From contig NC_086108.1 in assembly GCF_963921235.1 (NCBI RefSeq), positions 21,638,001 to 21,702,000 on the forward strand: DNA of 64,000 nucleotides, in the 5' to 3' direction. Every line of letters starts with the position of its first letter. The first letter of the stretch is position 1. The notes below the pieces were generated by a model, which was not told where the DNA came from, searched no databases, and worked only from the letters and a program-made list of their open reading frames with translations. Both the position numbers and the translations under genes were made by a program. This DNA comes from Mobula hypostoma (lineage: Eukaryota). Below, piece after piece: positions 1-13,300 of the stretch.

Positions 1-1080
1 AATTAATTTATTCATTTTTCTGGTATTATTTATTTATTTTCTTAATACCCAGTAGTTGTGCCTGTATTCATATTCTTCAGAATGAATCCATACTTTCACT
101 TCCTCTAGTTTTTATTTTCTTGAACTACAGGTTCTTGGTGCAAATTTGGACTTGAATGTCTGCTCCCTTTCCCATAGTTACCTCCCTCACTGACTTCTCA
201 TTACAGTTTCCCATATACTAAAGGATAAGAGAAATGAAACATTTTGTGATATGGTGTTATAGCGTTCTTATAATCCCATCTAATTTGATCAATGTTTGCA
301 AATGCATTCCAGATTAAGTTCAGTCTCAGTTCTTGAAATTTTTGGACCTGAGTATTCTTTGTCAATGGGTGGATCCTCAGCAGTTAAGAACGAACTTGAA
401 AGATAATGATGCATCTACCAAAATTTTAAGGCCTCTGGAAAGCCAGTCTTCACATTTTCTGTATGCAATATTTTATAACTTGAAATTACCTCGAACATGC
501 AGAGGTTGTTCAAATCAATTTCCTAGAGGAACCCAGGGGAACCCCATGAGATGTTCATTCATTCCCACTTCTCAACGTTTGGACATTACTGATATACTCA
601 ATGTAAAATGTAAATCTTTGTTGGCTTGATTAATTTACACTTCAACACCAAGGGGCTTTTAGAGACAATGGCTATTTATACTGCTGGTTCTGCAAACCAG
701 AGGACATAAATTCCAAGTCACCATGCCACTTGATCATTTGAATTCTGTTCATATGCAAATGCCTGGATTAGCAAAAGAAAACACGCTTTAATTTCCAAAC
801 TCTTAGCAATTGAATGGGCAGTAATTTTCTCCTTAAAGACTGTGCTATATTAAATCTGGAGAAGCAAACAGGTATTCTAATCTGCAAGGAGAGAGACAAA
901 CTACCAGATCAAAGGGGATTTTTGGTTCGGTCTACCCTGGAAGAAGCAGGTCCATTATTTTAAAGAAAAGGCAGAGTAGAAAGCATACGTTGATTTGTTC
1001 AGATTCTATTCTGCTACTTCTCTGCATTCCTTCAACTGCCACAATATCAATTTTACTATCTTGCAGTCTGCAAAACAAAT

Positions 1081-1410
1081 TCCTATAGATGCTGCCTGGC
1101 CTGCTGCGTTCACCAGCATTTTTTAATGTGTGTTGCTTGAATTGGGCACATGGCCAAGTGGTGTAAGGCATTCGTCTAGTTATCTCAAGGTCGCTAGTTC
1201 GAGCCTCAGCTGTGGCAGCGTGTTTGTGCCCTTGAGCAAGGCACTTAATCACACATTGCTCTAGTCTGGGCGAGGAGTGGCGCCTCACACAGACTTCCAA
1301 TCAGCGCATTATAAGGCATGAAAATGCCTAACGCTGGCCTCTCATGGTCTGAGTCGACATTCTCCCCCACCCCGCTTGAATTTCCAGCATCTGCAGATTT
1401 CCTCGTGTTT
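1081..1410 (+). mobile_element. Short PLE terminal fragment interrupted by a SINE
   Basis: gatgctgcctggcctgctgcgttcaccagc...gttgcttgaatt / tccagcatctgcag matches the PLE tail at about 9510-9590. Confidence 0.75.
1144..1373 (+). mobile_element. tRNA-derived SINE
   Basis: Pol III box A (tggccaagtgg) and box B (gttcgagcc) at the 5' end; 9-bp TSD GCTTGAATT at 1135-1143 and 1374-1382. Confidence 0.85.
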
Positions 1411-2929
1411 ACAAATTTCCTATATTTCTTTTGCCTTTCCAAGGACATAATTTTTAAAGAAAATGTTCTGCTTAACATACTTGCTTTGGAAAGAAAAGCA
1501 GGAATAAAAATCCTCTGCTTCATCTAAATTGACAACAAAATATATTTGATTGGTACTGAAACAATAATCATATACAATACTGAGATCTCATGTTTGAATG
1601 GATCATGTTTGTGACAATTGCATAATATTAGTTGGGGTCTTCTGTTCATTTTGTCACAGTACAAATTATTTTTGATAAATATTTTACTCATTCAAATAAC
1701 CATCATATTCTCAATTCCGTTATCACATGGTCGATAACATTCTCAGCCATTTCAAATATTTTTTCCCAATTAAGACTTTTCCAAGACTATCCACAATAGT
1801 AACATGGATTGTAATAGCTGCATATACTCAAACTATCTGCTATTTCTAAGTCAAAGTCAAAGCCAAAGCCAGTAGCATGAATCAATCTTATCCGAATGAA
1901 TTCTCAGTTCTGTTTTCTTTTGCACATGGATAATTTTTCATCCCCAGGTACAATCTTGAATGGCCATCCTGTGCAAAGGAACTTGACTGTGTTTCAAAAT
2001 TATTAAGTGACTTGTGAAGTTGAAGTACACATTTAAGTTTTCTCATCTCAGCAACTTCTGCTGGATCCTTCATACACCAATGAACTCTCAAGATGGTTTC
2101 TCAAATTGAAATCTCAGTTCATTCCACATTTAGAGCAAGAGTCCTCTCAGTAAAGGGCAGCTATGCTACCCAGAGGGTCAGTAATGGGCCAGCTGCCCAC
2201 TTAGACTCGATGTAATGCATTCTCCAAACAGCAATCAGTAGAGTAGAGGTTTGTGAGAACTTCAGTGTAATGTACTTTTTATTGTTCAAAGATTGCAGTA
2301 AGTTTGTAAAGAACCTCTGAAGTAGATTGGGAGTGTTTCTGGAAGGCTTTTACATCTCAATGCCAGGGCAGTATTTAGTTTGTAAATTCTGATGCCATAA
2401 AACAAATATCAGTTTGTTTTTGCATAAAGAATAAATCTAATAATTTTGTGTTTATGGCCCATTAACTCTTCCAGTCATTCACTCCCTTTTTAATCTGTTG
2501 CTCACCATCTTCCTCCTCCTCAAGAACTTTTTCCCCCTTAATGTGAAGGCAGAGTACACTGTACCAGGGGCTACCCAGGGATACAGCAGCATTGTGGTTG
2601 TCAATGGATGAGCAACCAGAGAGGTAGTAATCAGCTATTGGCATTTTGCTCCTGTTAATGGCTTCACTTCGACCACAGAACATCAGAGCAGCTTCAGTCG
2701 CATTGGGAATATTCCTTCCCCAATGTGTGCACATGATGTGCTACTTCCTCTCAGAGAATTATTATAACATCATTATGTACACAACTACAGTATCTCAGAG
2801 ACATTTTGAAAGGCTCCAGCCAGCCCATTCCAATGAATTCTTTAACTAGAATTTGGTAAGTGAACACACAAATCCTGTATCCTATTGTGCATGAGGTTGT
2901 AACTCCCTTTACAACAATATGAACTTGCC

Positions 2930-4316
2930 AGCTTTCACCCTGCCCTCAAGTTTACCTGGTCCATTTCTGACACCTCCCTCCCCGTTCTAGATCCTTCTGT
3001 CTCTATCTCTGGAGACAGTTATCTACTGATGTCTACTATAAGCCTACTGACTCTCACAGCTATCTGGACTATTCCTCTTCTCACCCTGTCTCTTGCAAAA
3101 ACGCCATCCCCTTCTCGCAATTCCTCCGTCTCCGCCGCATCTGCTCTCAGGATGAGGCTTTTCAATCCAGGACGAAGGAGATGTCCTTCTTTTTCAAAGA
3201 AAGGAGCTTCCCTTCCTCCACTATCAACTCTGCTCTCAAACACATCTCCCCCATTTCTCGCACATCTGCTCTCACTCTATCCTCCCGTCATCCCACTAGG
3301 AATAGGGTTCCCCGGGTCCTCACCTGCCACCCCACCAGCCTTCGGGTCCAACATATTATTCTCCGTAACTTCCGCCACCTCCAACGGGATCCCACCACTA
3401 AGCACATCTTTCCCTCCCCCACCCCCCTCCCTTCCGCAGGGATCGCTCCCTACGCGACTCCCTTGTCCATTCGTCCCCCCCATCCCTCCCCACTGATCTC
3501 CCTCCTGGCACTTATCCTTGTAAGCGGAACAAGTGCTACACATGCCCTTACACTTCCTCCCTTACCACCACTCAGGGCCCAAGACAGTCCTTCCAGCTGA
3601 GGCGACACTTCACCTGTGAATCAGCTGGGGTGATATACTGCGTCTGGTGCTCCCGATGTGGCCTTCTATATATTGGCGAGACCCGACGCAGACTGGGAAA
3701 TCATTTTGCTGAACACCTACGCTCTGTCCGCCAGAGAAAGCAGGATCTCCCAGTGGCCACACATTTTAATTCCACATCCCATTCCCATTCTGATATGTCT
3801 ATCCACGGCCTCCTCTACTGTCAAGATGAAGCCACCCTCAGGTTGGAGGAACAACACATTATATTCCATCTGGGTGGCCTCCAACCTGATGGCATGAACA
3901 TTGACTTCTCTAACTTCCGCTAATGCCCCACCTCCCCCTCGTACCCCATCCGTTATTTACTTATATACACACATTCTTTCTTTCTCTCTCTCTCTCCTTT
4001 TTCTCCCTCTGTCCCTCTGACTATACCCCTTGCCCATCCTCAGGGTTCCCCCCCACTTTTCCTTCTCCCTGGGCCTCCTGTCCCATGATCCTCTCATATC
4101 CCTTTTGCCAATCACCTGTCCAGCTCTTGGCTCCATCCCTCCCCCTCCTGTCTTCTCCTAACATTTTGGATCTCCTCCTCCCACTTTCAAATCTCTTACT
4201 AGCCCTTCCTTCAGTTAGTCCTGACGAAGGGTCTCAGCCCGAAACGTCAACTGTGCCTCTTCCTGGAGTTGCTGCCTGGCTTGCTGCGTTCACCAGCAAC
4301 TTTGATGTGTGTTGCT
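2930..4316 (+). mobile_element. 5'-truncated Penelope-like retroelement (RT C-terminus, GIY-YIG endonuclease, terminal repeat)
   Basis: FHPALKFTWSISDTSLPFLD RT-end motif; IYCVWCSRCGLLYIGETRR GIY-YIG at 3630-3923; 10-bp TSD TGAACTTGCC at 2920-2929 and 4317-4326. Confidence 0.92.
4217..4252 (+). ncRNA. Minimal type I hammerhead ribozyme motif (stem I mismatch)
   Basis: agtc-CTGACGA-a-gggt(ctca)gccc-GAAACGTC-aact; core intact, stem I partner mutated from gact to aact. Confidence 0.7.
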
Positions 4317-4774
4317 TGAACTTGCCTGGAATTGTTTATTCAACTCTCTTGGCCAAAATTGTTTAAAAAGGGAGCACACATTAACACCTATATTAGTGCC
4401 TCTTTCAACTATGAGAAATGTGCATCCCTCTGAATCAGGGCACACCCACCACGAGTCAAGTCATCTACACAACGAATCCTACAATCTGGAATTTGACCAA
4501 CATTAGGTTTCTGGCAATTCCCTTATTCCGGACTTCGTTGGCCCTTCTTCTCAGGGCCTTCAGCATAATTCAGCCCCTGCTGAGGGTGCTCCTGGGGTCT
4601 CTTGCTTCCCTTGCTTTTGCAAACTACCATTGTTCCACCATAAAATAAACATTTTCCCACAATCATGTTGAAACTCAATTCACGTGTTTATGAAATTCAT
4701 TCTACAATTTCGGAGAGCTTAACTTGACACATTTTTACCAACCTTTTCACCTTTCATTGTTTAATTCTTCTGTT

Positions 4775-5580
4775 TCAAAGTACATTTTTTAATCAAAGAA
4801 TGCATAAAATATACAACCTTGAGATTTGTTTGCCTACAGGCAGCCACAAAGCAAGAAACTTGAAAGTATCCAATTAAAAAAACAGACCAGCACCTGATAT
4901 ACAGAGAAAGGAGGGGAAAAACAAAGCATGCAAACAACAGAAGCAAGCAACATTTCAAACCAAAATGAGTCCTTAAATCCGAACCCCTGAGCAGTTCGGA
5001 GTAGGCCCTAGCAGGCACAGAGCACAGCAGCCAGGGCAGTCTTTATAGCCTCAGCACCATGGAGAGAGAAGTGAACATCATGGGAGAGCAAACCAATTCA
5101 GCTCTCACCTCCGATCTCAACACCCCGTCTTTTCATTTTACCTGGGCCAGCGTTTAAGTTGTCCGAACAGCATATTGTACTTTGAAATAGGACCTGGGCA
5201 CCACTGCAGCGAAAGGCTCTGGGCCTAGAACACGCCACCTACAACTTGCTCCAGCACAGATTTCGCCACCCAGCCTGAAGTCACTTCTGATTTTTCCAAA
5301 TCTGTTCAGCACCCAAAGTAATCCAACCTCGCACCCAGGCCAGTTGTACAGGCATCAGAACTCCTCTGCCTCATCTTTTCCTCTTTGAATGGCTCACTCT
5401 CCATCTGCATTGATTCTGTAACGTATCAGCATGGTTCATCCCTCGAATTCGCTTCGTCTTCACTTGCCTTCATTATTTGTGGCAATAATTTACCACAATT
5501 TACCTCAGAAAATGTGTTATTATTAATGTTTTTAGTCAAATTTCTCACCTTTTGAACTATCAGTTAGCTGTCGCACGTTT
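4775..5580 (-). repeat. Degenerate non-coding interspersed repeat, probably a non-autonomous retroelement
   Basis: Starts ttcaaagtacatttttaatcaaag...caaccttgaga, similar to the termini at about 44755 and 52270. Confidence 0.45.
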
Positions 5581-6029
5581 GGTAGCTTCATCTTGTTCTT
5601 ATGCAAGTTTGAGAAATCTTGACTTTGATTTTCACTTCTGTTCTCCAAACATTGAACCCAAAAGACAAGAACACCTTTGCAATATCTACCAAGGTCTGAA
5701 CCTAATAAATGCAAGAGCTCTTTTTGCTAACATTGATACAAGTGTGTCTCAATCCACATAATGTCTCAAACATATCCAAAGATTGGGTTTACTATAATAG
5801 AGGTTTGAAGAAAATAATGAAGCATTTGCATTAGCATAATACATCAGAACACTTTTCATATGCCAGTTTATTACATCACTTTACGAACTACTACAGCTGA
5901 AAGGATCAACATTTCGCTGGAAAAAACAAGAAGACTCCAACACAGAATTATTAGTATTATTATTCCAAGCTCCTTTCCACTTGCTTCATCCAGGTAAAGC
6001 CCTTCCCCACCATTCAGCACATTTACAAT

Positions 6030-6825
6030 GAGCACTGTCGCAGAAAAACAGCATCCATTATCAAGGACCCCCACCATCCAGGCCATGCTCTCTTCTCACT
6101 GGCACATCAGGAAGGAGGTACAGGAACCTAAGATCCTACATTACCAGCTTCAGGAACACTTATTACCCCTCAACTACGAGGCTCCTGAACCAAAGTGGAT
6201 TACTTCAACCATCCCAAAACTGAACTGACTGATACCACAACCAATGGACTCACTTTTAACAACTCTACAACTCATGTTCTCAATATATATTATAATTTTA
6301 TCATTATTATGTTTTTGTGGATGCTTGCGAAGAAAAAGCATTTCAGGATGTATATTGTATACATTTCTCTGACATTAAATTGTACCTTTGAAACCTTTTG
6401 TATTTGTGCAATCTGTTCTTTTGCACAATGGTTAGAAATATAAAAACATAGAAAACCTACAGCACAATACAGGCCCTTTGGCCCACAAAGCTATGCCAAA
6501 CATGTCCTGACCTTAGAAATTACCTAGGGTTACCCATAACCCTATATTTTTCTAAGCTCCATGTACCTATCCAGGAGTCTCTTAAAAGACACTATCATAT
6601 CTGCCTCCGCCACCGTCGCCTGCAGCCCATTCCACGCACTCACCATGCTCTGCGTAAAAATAACTTACCCCTAACATCTCCTCTGTACCTACTTTCAAGC
6701 ACCTTAAGACTGTGCCCTCTCGTGCTAGCCATTTTGTTTGTCTTATTTTGTGTGCAGTTTTTCATTGATTCTATTGTTTCTTTGTATTTACCGTGAATGC
6801 CCACAAGAAGATGAATCTCAATCTT
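6030..6825 (+). mobile_element. Degenerate Rex1-like 3' remnant containing an antisense CR1 3' tail (about 6445-6735)
   Basis: aaggacccccaccatccaggccatgctctcttc (DPHHPGHALF-like) as at about 34140 and 45170; catagaaaacctacagcacaatacaggccc is a reverse CR1 tail. Confidence 0.6.
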
Positions 6826-6970
6826 TAGTATTCCTTGTGTCCATTCACACGCATGTTTTGAATGCCGGTCAAGATGTAAGCAGACAATATTTGCTTCAGA
6901 ACCTTATTCACTTGGTTGGCATGCATTCTGATGTCACGTTTCTTTAAAATCATCTCCTTCCTCTTGGGTC

Positions 6971-7100
6971 TCATAGTCATAGTCATACTTTATTGATCCC
7001 GGGGGAAAATGGTTTTCGTTACAGTTGCACCATAAATAATAAATAGTAATAGAACCATAAATAGTTAAATAGTAATATGCAACTTATGCCAGTAAATTAT
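6971..7100 (-). mobile_element. Rex1/Babar-like 3' tail fragment
   Basis: Reverse complement of the (ATGACT)n-ended tail of the element at 26070-28621. Confidence 0.8.
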
Positions 7101-8647
7101 GAATAGAAACAATAGAAAACCACAGAAAAACTACAGCACAGAAACAGGCCTTTTGGCCCTCCTTGGCTGTGCCGAACCATTTTCTGCCTAGTCCCACTGA
7201 CCCGCACACGGACCATACCCTCCATACACCTCCCATCCATGTATCTATCCAATTTATTCTTAAATGTTAAAAAAGCACCCGCATTTACCACCTCGTCTGG
7301 CAGCTCATTCCATACTCACACCACTCTCTGTGTGAAGAAGCCCCCCCCCAATGTTCCCTTTAAACTTTCCCTCTGTCACCCTTAACCCATGTCCTCTGGT
7401 TTTTTTCTCCCCTTGCCTCAGTGGAAAAAGCCTGCTTGCATTCACTCTATCTATACCCATCATAATTTTATATACCTCTATCAAATCTCCCCTCATTCTT
7501 CTATGCTCCAGGGAATAAAGTCCTAACCTACTCAACCTTTCTCTGTAACTGAGTTTCTCAAGTCCCGGCAACATCCTTGTAAATTTTCTCTGCACTCTTT
7601 CAACCTTATTTATATCCTTCCTGTAATTTGGTGACCAAAACTGAACACGATACTCCAGATTTGGCCTCACCAATGCCTTATACAACCTCATCATAACATT
7701 CCAGCTCTTATACTCAATACTTTGATTAATAAAGGCCAATGTACCAAAAGCTCTCTTTACAACCCTATCTACCTGTGACACCACTTTTAGGGAATTTTGT
7801 ATCTGTATTCCCAGATCCCTCTGTCTACTGCACTCCTCAGTGCTTTACCATTAACCCTGTATGTTCTACTTTGGTTTGTCCTTCCAACGTGCAACACCGC
7901 ACACTTGTCTGTATTAAACTCCATCTGTCATTTTTCAGCCCATTTTCCCAGCTGGTCCAAGTCCCTCTGCAGGCTCTGAAAACCTTCCTCACTGTCTACT
8001 ACACCTCCAATCTTTGTATCATCAGCAAATTTGCTGATCCAATTTACCACCTTATCATCCAGATCACTGATATAGATGACAAATAACAATGGACCCAGCA
8101 CTGATCCCTGTGGCACACCACTAGTCACAGGCCTCCACTCAGAGAAGCAATCCTCTACTACCACTCTTTGGCTTCTTCCATTCAGCCAATGTCTAATCCA
8201 ATTTACCACCTCTCCATGTATACCTAGCGACTGAATTTTCCTAACTAACCTCCCATGCAGGACCTTGTCAAAGGCCTTACTGAAGTCCATGTAGACAATA
8301 TCCACTGCCTTCCCTTCATCCACTTTCCTGGTAACCTCCTCAAAAAACTCCAATAGATTGGTCAAACATGACCTACCACGCACAAAGCCATGCTGACGCT
8401 CCTTAATAAGTCCCTGTCTATCCAAATGCTTGTAGATTCTGTCTCTTAGTACTGCCTCCAATAACTTACCCCCTACCGACGTTAAACTCACCGGCCTATA
8501 ATTTCCCGGATTACTTTTCCATCCTTTTTTAAACAATGGAACAACATGAGCCACTCTCCAATCCTCCGGCACCTCACCTGTAGACAGCGACATTTTAAAT
8601 ATTTCTGCCAGGGCCCCTGCAATTTCAACACTAGTCTCCTTCAAGGG
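7101..8647 (-). mobile_element. 5'-truncated CR1 LINE (RT region and 3' UTR)
   Basis: [52 protein letters not shown]; short-repeat CR1 tail at about 7101-7135. Confidence 0.93.
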
Positions 8648-8651
8648 AATT

Positions 8652-9592
8652 CCTCCCCCCCCCCACTCTGCTTTCCGCAGGGATCGCTCCCTACGCGACT
8701 CCCTTGTCCATTCGTCCCCCCTATCCCTCCCCACTGATCTCCCTCCTGGCACTTATCCGTGTAAGTGGAACAAGTGCTACACATGCCCTTACACTTCCTC
8801 CCTTACCACCATTCAGGGCCCCAAACAGTCCTTCCAGGTGAGGCATCACTTCACCTGTGATTCGGCTGGGGTGACATACTGTGTCCGGTGCTCCCGATGT
8901 GGACTTTTATATATTGGCGAGACCCGACGCAGACTGGGAGACCGCTTTGCTGAACACCTACACTCTGTCCGCCAGAGAAAGCAGGATCTCCCAGTGGCCA
9001 CACATTTTAATTCCACATCCCATTCCCATTCTGACATGTCTATCCACGGCCTCCTCTACTGTAAAGATGAAGCCACACTCAGGTTGGAGGAACAACACCT
9101 TATTTTCCGTCTGGGTAGCCTCCAACCTGATGGCATGAACATCGACTTCTCTAACTTCCGCTAATGCCCCACCTCCGCCTCGTACCCCATCTGTTATTTA
9201 TTTTTATACACACATTCTTTCTCTCACTCTCCTTTTTCTCCCTCTGAATATACCCCTTGCCCATCCTCTGGGTTCCCCCCCACCCTTGTCTTTCTTCCCG
9301 GACCTCCTGTCCCATGATCCTCTCGTATCCCCTTTGCCAATCACCTGTCCAGCTCTTGGCTCCATCCCTCCCCCTCCTGTCTTCTCCTATCATTTTGGAT
9401 CTCCCCCTCCCCCTCCCCCTTCAACTTTCAAATCTCTTACTCACTCTTCCTTCAGTTAGTCCTGACGAAGGGTCTCGGCCTGAAACGTCGACTGTACCTC
9501 TTCCTAGAGATGCTGCCTGGCCTGCTGCGTTCACCAGCAACTTTGATGTGTGTTGCTTGAATTTCCAGCATCTACAGAATTCCTGTTGTTTG
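8652..9592 (+). mobile_element. 5'-truncated Penelope-like element
   Basis: GIY-YIG ORF 8838-9164 (TYCVRCSRCGLLYIGETRR); nearly identical to the 3' part of the copy at 2930-4316. Confidence 0.92.
9458..9493 (+). ncRNA. Minimal type I hammerhead ribozyme motif, best-preserved copy
   Basis: AGTC-CTGACGA-A-GGGT(CTCG)GCCT-GAAACGTC-GACT: stem I AGTC/GACT, stem II, palindromic ACGT in place of stem III; predicted cleavage after C9489. Confidence 0.8.
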
Positions 9593-10353
9593 CATTTATT
9601 ATTCTGAGTATCTGTTTTCAGAAGTGGAAACATGTCCAATCTTCCATTCCCAATAGAATATGTACGTATATTTAAAATGATAACTGAATTAAACACCAAA
9701 GATGTTCACTGGTTCACTTTGGTACAATCAGCATTTAACGTAATGCTTTAAATTGCACCTTCCTTCTAGGTTATTCACTTCATCGAGATTTTTAAGATAA
9801 TTCAGAATTCTCTGCTGTTAGTTTGGATTCGGTTTTTCAAGTGGTCACCCATATTACACTTGGGTATCAATACCACTGGCCTCAACCACATGGTATCAAG
9901 TTCTTTACTCTGACCATGCCCTATTAAAGAAGTTGCCTCAGATTCAATACTGATTACCATCCATTTATCCAATCAAAGTAAGCCTTGGTTCACAACATCT
10001 TTTTCTTTTTAAATCTTTTTATTGAATAAGTATACAAAAAGGTAAGCCATATAGACACTAATACACTGTTAGAATATAATAAAATTACAGAAGATATTAA
10101 TGCAAAAAAAATACTACGAACAATGGAATTTAAACATAACATACCAAGGTAACATAATAGTATACTAATTTTATATATATATATATCAATAGAGAAAAGG
10201 AAACCCCCCCCCAAAAAAAAACCCACCGTGCAACTAACTAAAAGCAAAGCAAAGCAATGGGCTAACTTGAAACCAAACAGAGTTAAACTTAAAATCACGT
10301 CCTCAATCCCGACCTCCATTAAAAACAGTAAAAAAAAACAAGAAGGGTATATA

Positions 10354-13300
10354 TTACATTAAATGAAAATATAGAATAAAAGATCTCCAAGTCTGTTCAA
10401 ATTTAAATGAGGAGTCATAAAGATTGCTTCTAATTTTCTCCAGATTCAAGCATAATATCGTCTGAGAAAACCAAAAAAAGGTAGTTGGAGCATTAAGCTC
10501 TTTCCAATGTTGTAAGATACATCTTTTCGCCATTAAAGTAAGAAATGCAATCATTCTACGGGCTGAAGGGGAAAGATTACTGGAAACTTTAGGTAGTCCA
10601 AAGATAGCAGTAATAGGGTGAGGAGAGATATCTATATTCAATACCTTGGAGATAATATTAAAAATGTCTCTTCAAAAAGTTTCCAAAGTAGGGCAAGACC
10701 AAAACATATGAGTTAAAGAGGCTATCTGCCCCGGACATCTATCACAAGAAGGATTAATATGAGAATAAAAGTGCGCTAACTTATCTTTGGACATATGTGC
10801 TCTATGAACAACTTTAAATTGAATTAGGGAATGTTTAGCACGGATAGAGGAAGTATTGACTAATTGTAAAATCTGCCCCCAGTCATCCACGGAAATGGTA
10901 AACCCCAATTCCTGTTCCCAATCTACCCTAATCTTATCAAATGGAGCTTTCCTAAGTTTCATAATAATATTATAAATCATAGCCGATGCACCTTTCTGAC
11001 ATGGATTAAGGTTGATTATAGTATCTAAAATGTATGTAGGAGGAAACATTGGAAAGGAAGAAAGTATAGTACTTAGGAAATTTCTAACTTGCAGATATCT
11101 AAAAAAATGTATTCTTGATAAGTTATATTTATTAGATAATTGTTCAAAAGACATAAGGGAACCATCTAAAAATAAATCCAAAAACTGTGAAATACCCTTA
11201 GTCTTCCAAATTTGAAAAGCACGATCCGTAAAAGAGGGAGGAAAAAATATGATACCTAAAATAGGAATCGCTAACCCAAATTGATTAAGATCAAAAAATT
11301 TTCTGAATTGAAACCAAATACGTAAGGTATATTTAACTATCGGGTTAGACACCTGTTTAAGGCGTTTCAAATCAAAAGAAAGAGAGGAACCTAAAATAAA
11401 ACCAAGTGTAAAACCCTGATCAGATTGTAATTTCAATGCTACCCATTTAGGAATGGATAGTATATCCTGGTCAAGTAACCAGAATTTCATATGTCGAATA
11501 TTAATTGCCCAATAATAAAATCTAAAGTTAGGTAATGCTAAGCCTCCATCTCTCTTAGCTTTCTGTAAATGTATTTTACCCAGTCTCGGGTTTTTATTCT
11601 GCCAAATAAATGAAGAAATTTTAGAGTCAACTTTGTCAAAAAAAAATTTTGGAACAAAGATTGGTAATGCCTGAAATATATATAAAAATTTTGGCAAAAA
11701 AAACATCTTAACTGCATTAATACGACCAATCAAAGTTAAATATAAAGGAAACCATTTAGATGAAAGTTGAATAATATGGTCTATTAATGGTAAAAAGTTA
11801 GTCTTAAATAAATCTTTGTATTTACACGTAATTTTAATCCCAAGATATGAAAAATAATTATTAATCAATTTAAATGGAAATTTATAATATAAGGGAAGTT
11901 GTTTATTAATCGGAAAGAGTTCACTCTTACTAAGATTTAATTTATAACCTGAAAAGAGACCAAATTGTGCTAATAGCTCTAAAACAGCCGGGATGGATTT
12001 CTGAGGATTAGAAATATATAAAAGTAAATCATCAGCATAGAGTGATAATTTATGGGACTTTAAGCCCCGAGTTATCCCAGTAATATTTGGAGATTCTCGA
12101 ATGGCAATTGCAAGAGGTTCTAATGCAATATCAAATAATAAGGGACTAAGAGGACAACCTTGTCGAGTACCTCGAAAAAGAGGGAAAAAAGGTGAACTTA
12201 AAGAGTTAGCACGGACCGAGGCCACAGGAGAATGATATCCAGGATATAAATTTCGAGCTAAAATTAAACATTTCAAGCACCTTAAATAAATAAGGCCATT
12301 CTACTCTATCAGAAGCTTTCTCAGCATCTAAAGAGATAACACACTCAGGAACATTTTGTGAGGAAGTATAAACGATATTTAACAGTGTGCGAATATTATA
12401 AAAAGAGTAACGACCTTTAATAAAACCCGTTTGGTCTTCCGAAATAAGAGAAGGAAGTACTTTTTCTAATCTATTTGCTAATAACTTAGAAAAAACTTTA
12501 GAATCAACATTTAATAAAGATATTGGTCTATAAGATGCACATTGAGCAGGATCTTTATCCTTCTTTAATATTAGAGAAATTAATGCTCTATTGAAAGATT
12601 CAGGAAGTTTACCAAGTTTCAATGAAGCCTCAAAAACCCTACAGAGCCACGGATTAATGAAGGAGCAAAACATTTATAAAATTCTATGGTAAACCCATCA
12701 GGGCCAGGAGCTTTCCCCAAATTCATAGAGAAAATAACATTCTTAATCTCATCCATGGTAATGGGAGTATCTAACATAGAAGACATATCCTGTGAAATCT
12801 CAGGGAAGTCTAAATTATCTAAAAAATCATTCATATATTTAGAATCTCGAGGAGACTCTGATTGATATAAGGAAGAGTAAAAATCACAGAAGGTTTGATT
12901 AATCCCCACATGATCAAGTATCAGTCGATCATTTTGGTTATAAATCTGATTAATTTGAGATTTAGCATAATTAGACTTCAATTGATTAGCCAACAGTTTG
13001 CCAATTTTATCACTGTGTACATAAAATTCACTTCTTGTTTTCTTTAATTGGTTTACAATCGAGGACGAGAGTAATAAACTGTGTTCCATTTGAAGTTCAG
13101 TTCTTTGTTTATATAACTCCTCAGAAGGAGCTATAACATATTTCTTATCAATTTCCTTAATCTTGTCCACAATTACCAACTCCTCCTGCTTCAGCTTCTT
13201 CCTCAAAGCAGCAGAATACGAGATAATCTGACCACGAATATAAGCTTTAAAAGTGTCCCAAAGAATGTTGACAGAAATATCCTCTGTATAGTTAATTGTA

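Noticed and set aside
989..1067. Exon-like segment (tttgttttgcag...caac|gtatgc) on the minus strand
   Set aside because: The only open frame is incompatible with the exon 6 phase and shows no ATF6 similarity.
1144..1215. tRNA gene
   Set aside because: It is the tRNA-like head of a TSD-flanked SINE, with no proper acceptor stem or terminator.
2462..2734. 90-aa ORF ending in an acidic run, possible exon 7 or Harbinger remnant
   Set aside because: No ATF6 exon 7 motifs or convincing splice sites; transposase similarity too faint to support.
7928..8752. 274-aa ORF as a novel fusion protein
   Set aside because: Chance read-through from antisense Penelope sequence into a truncated CR1 RT.
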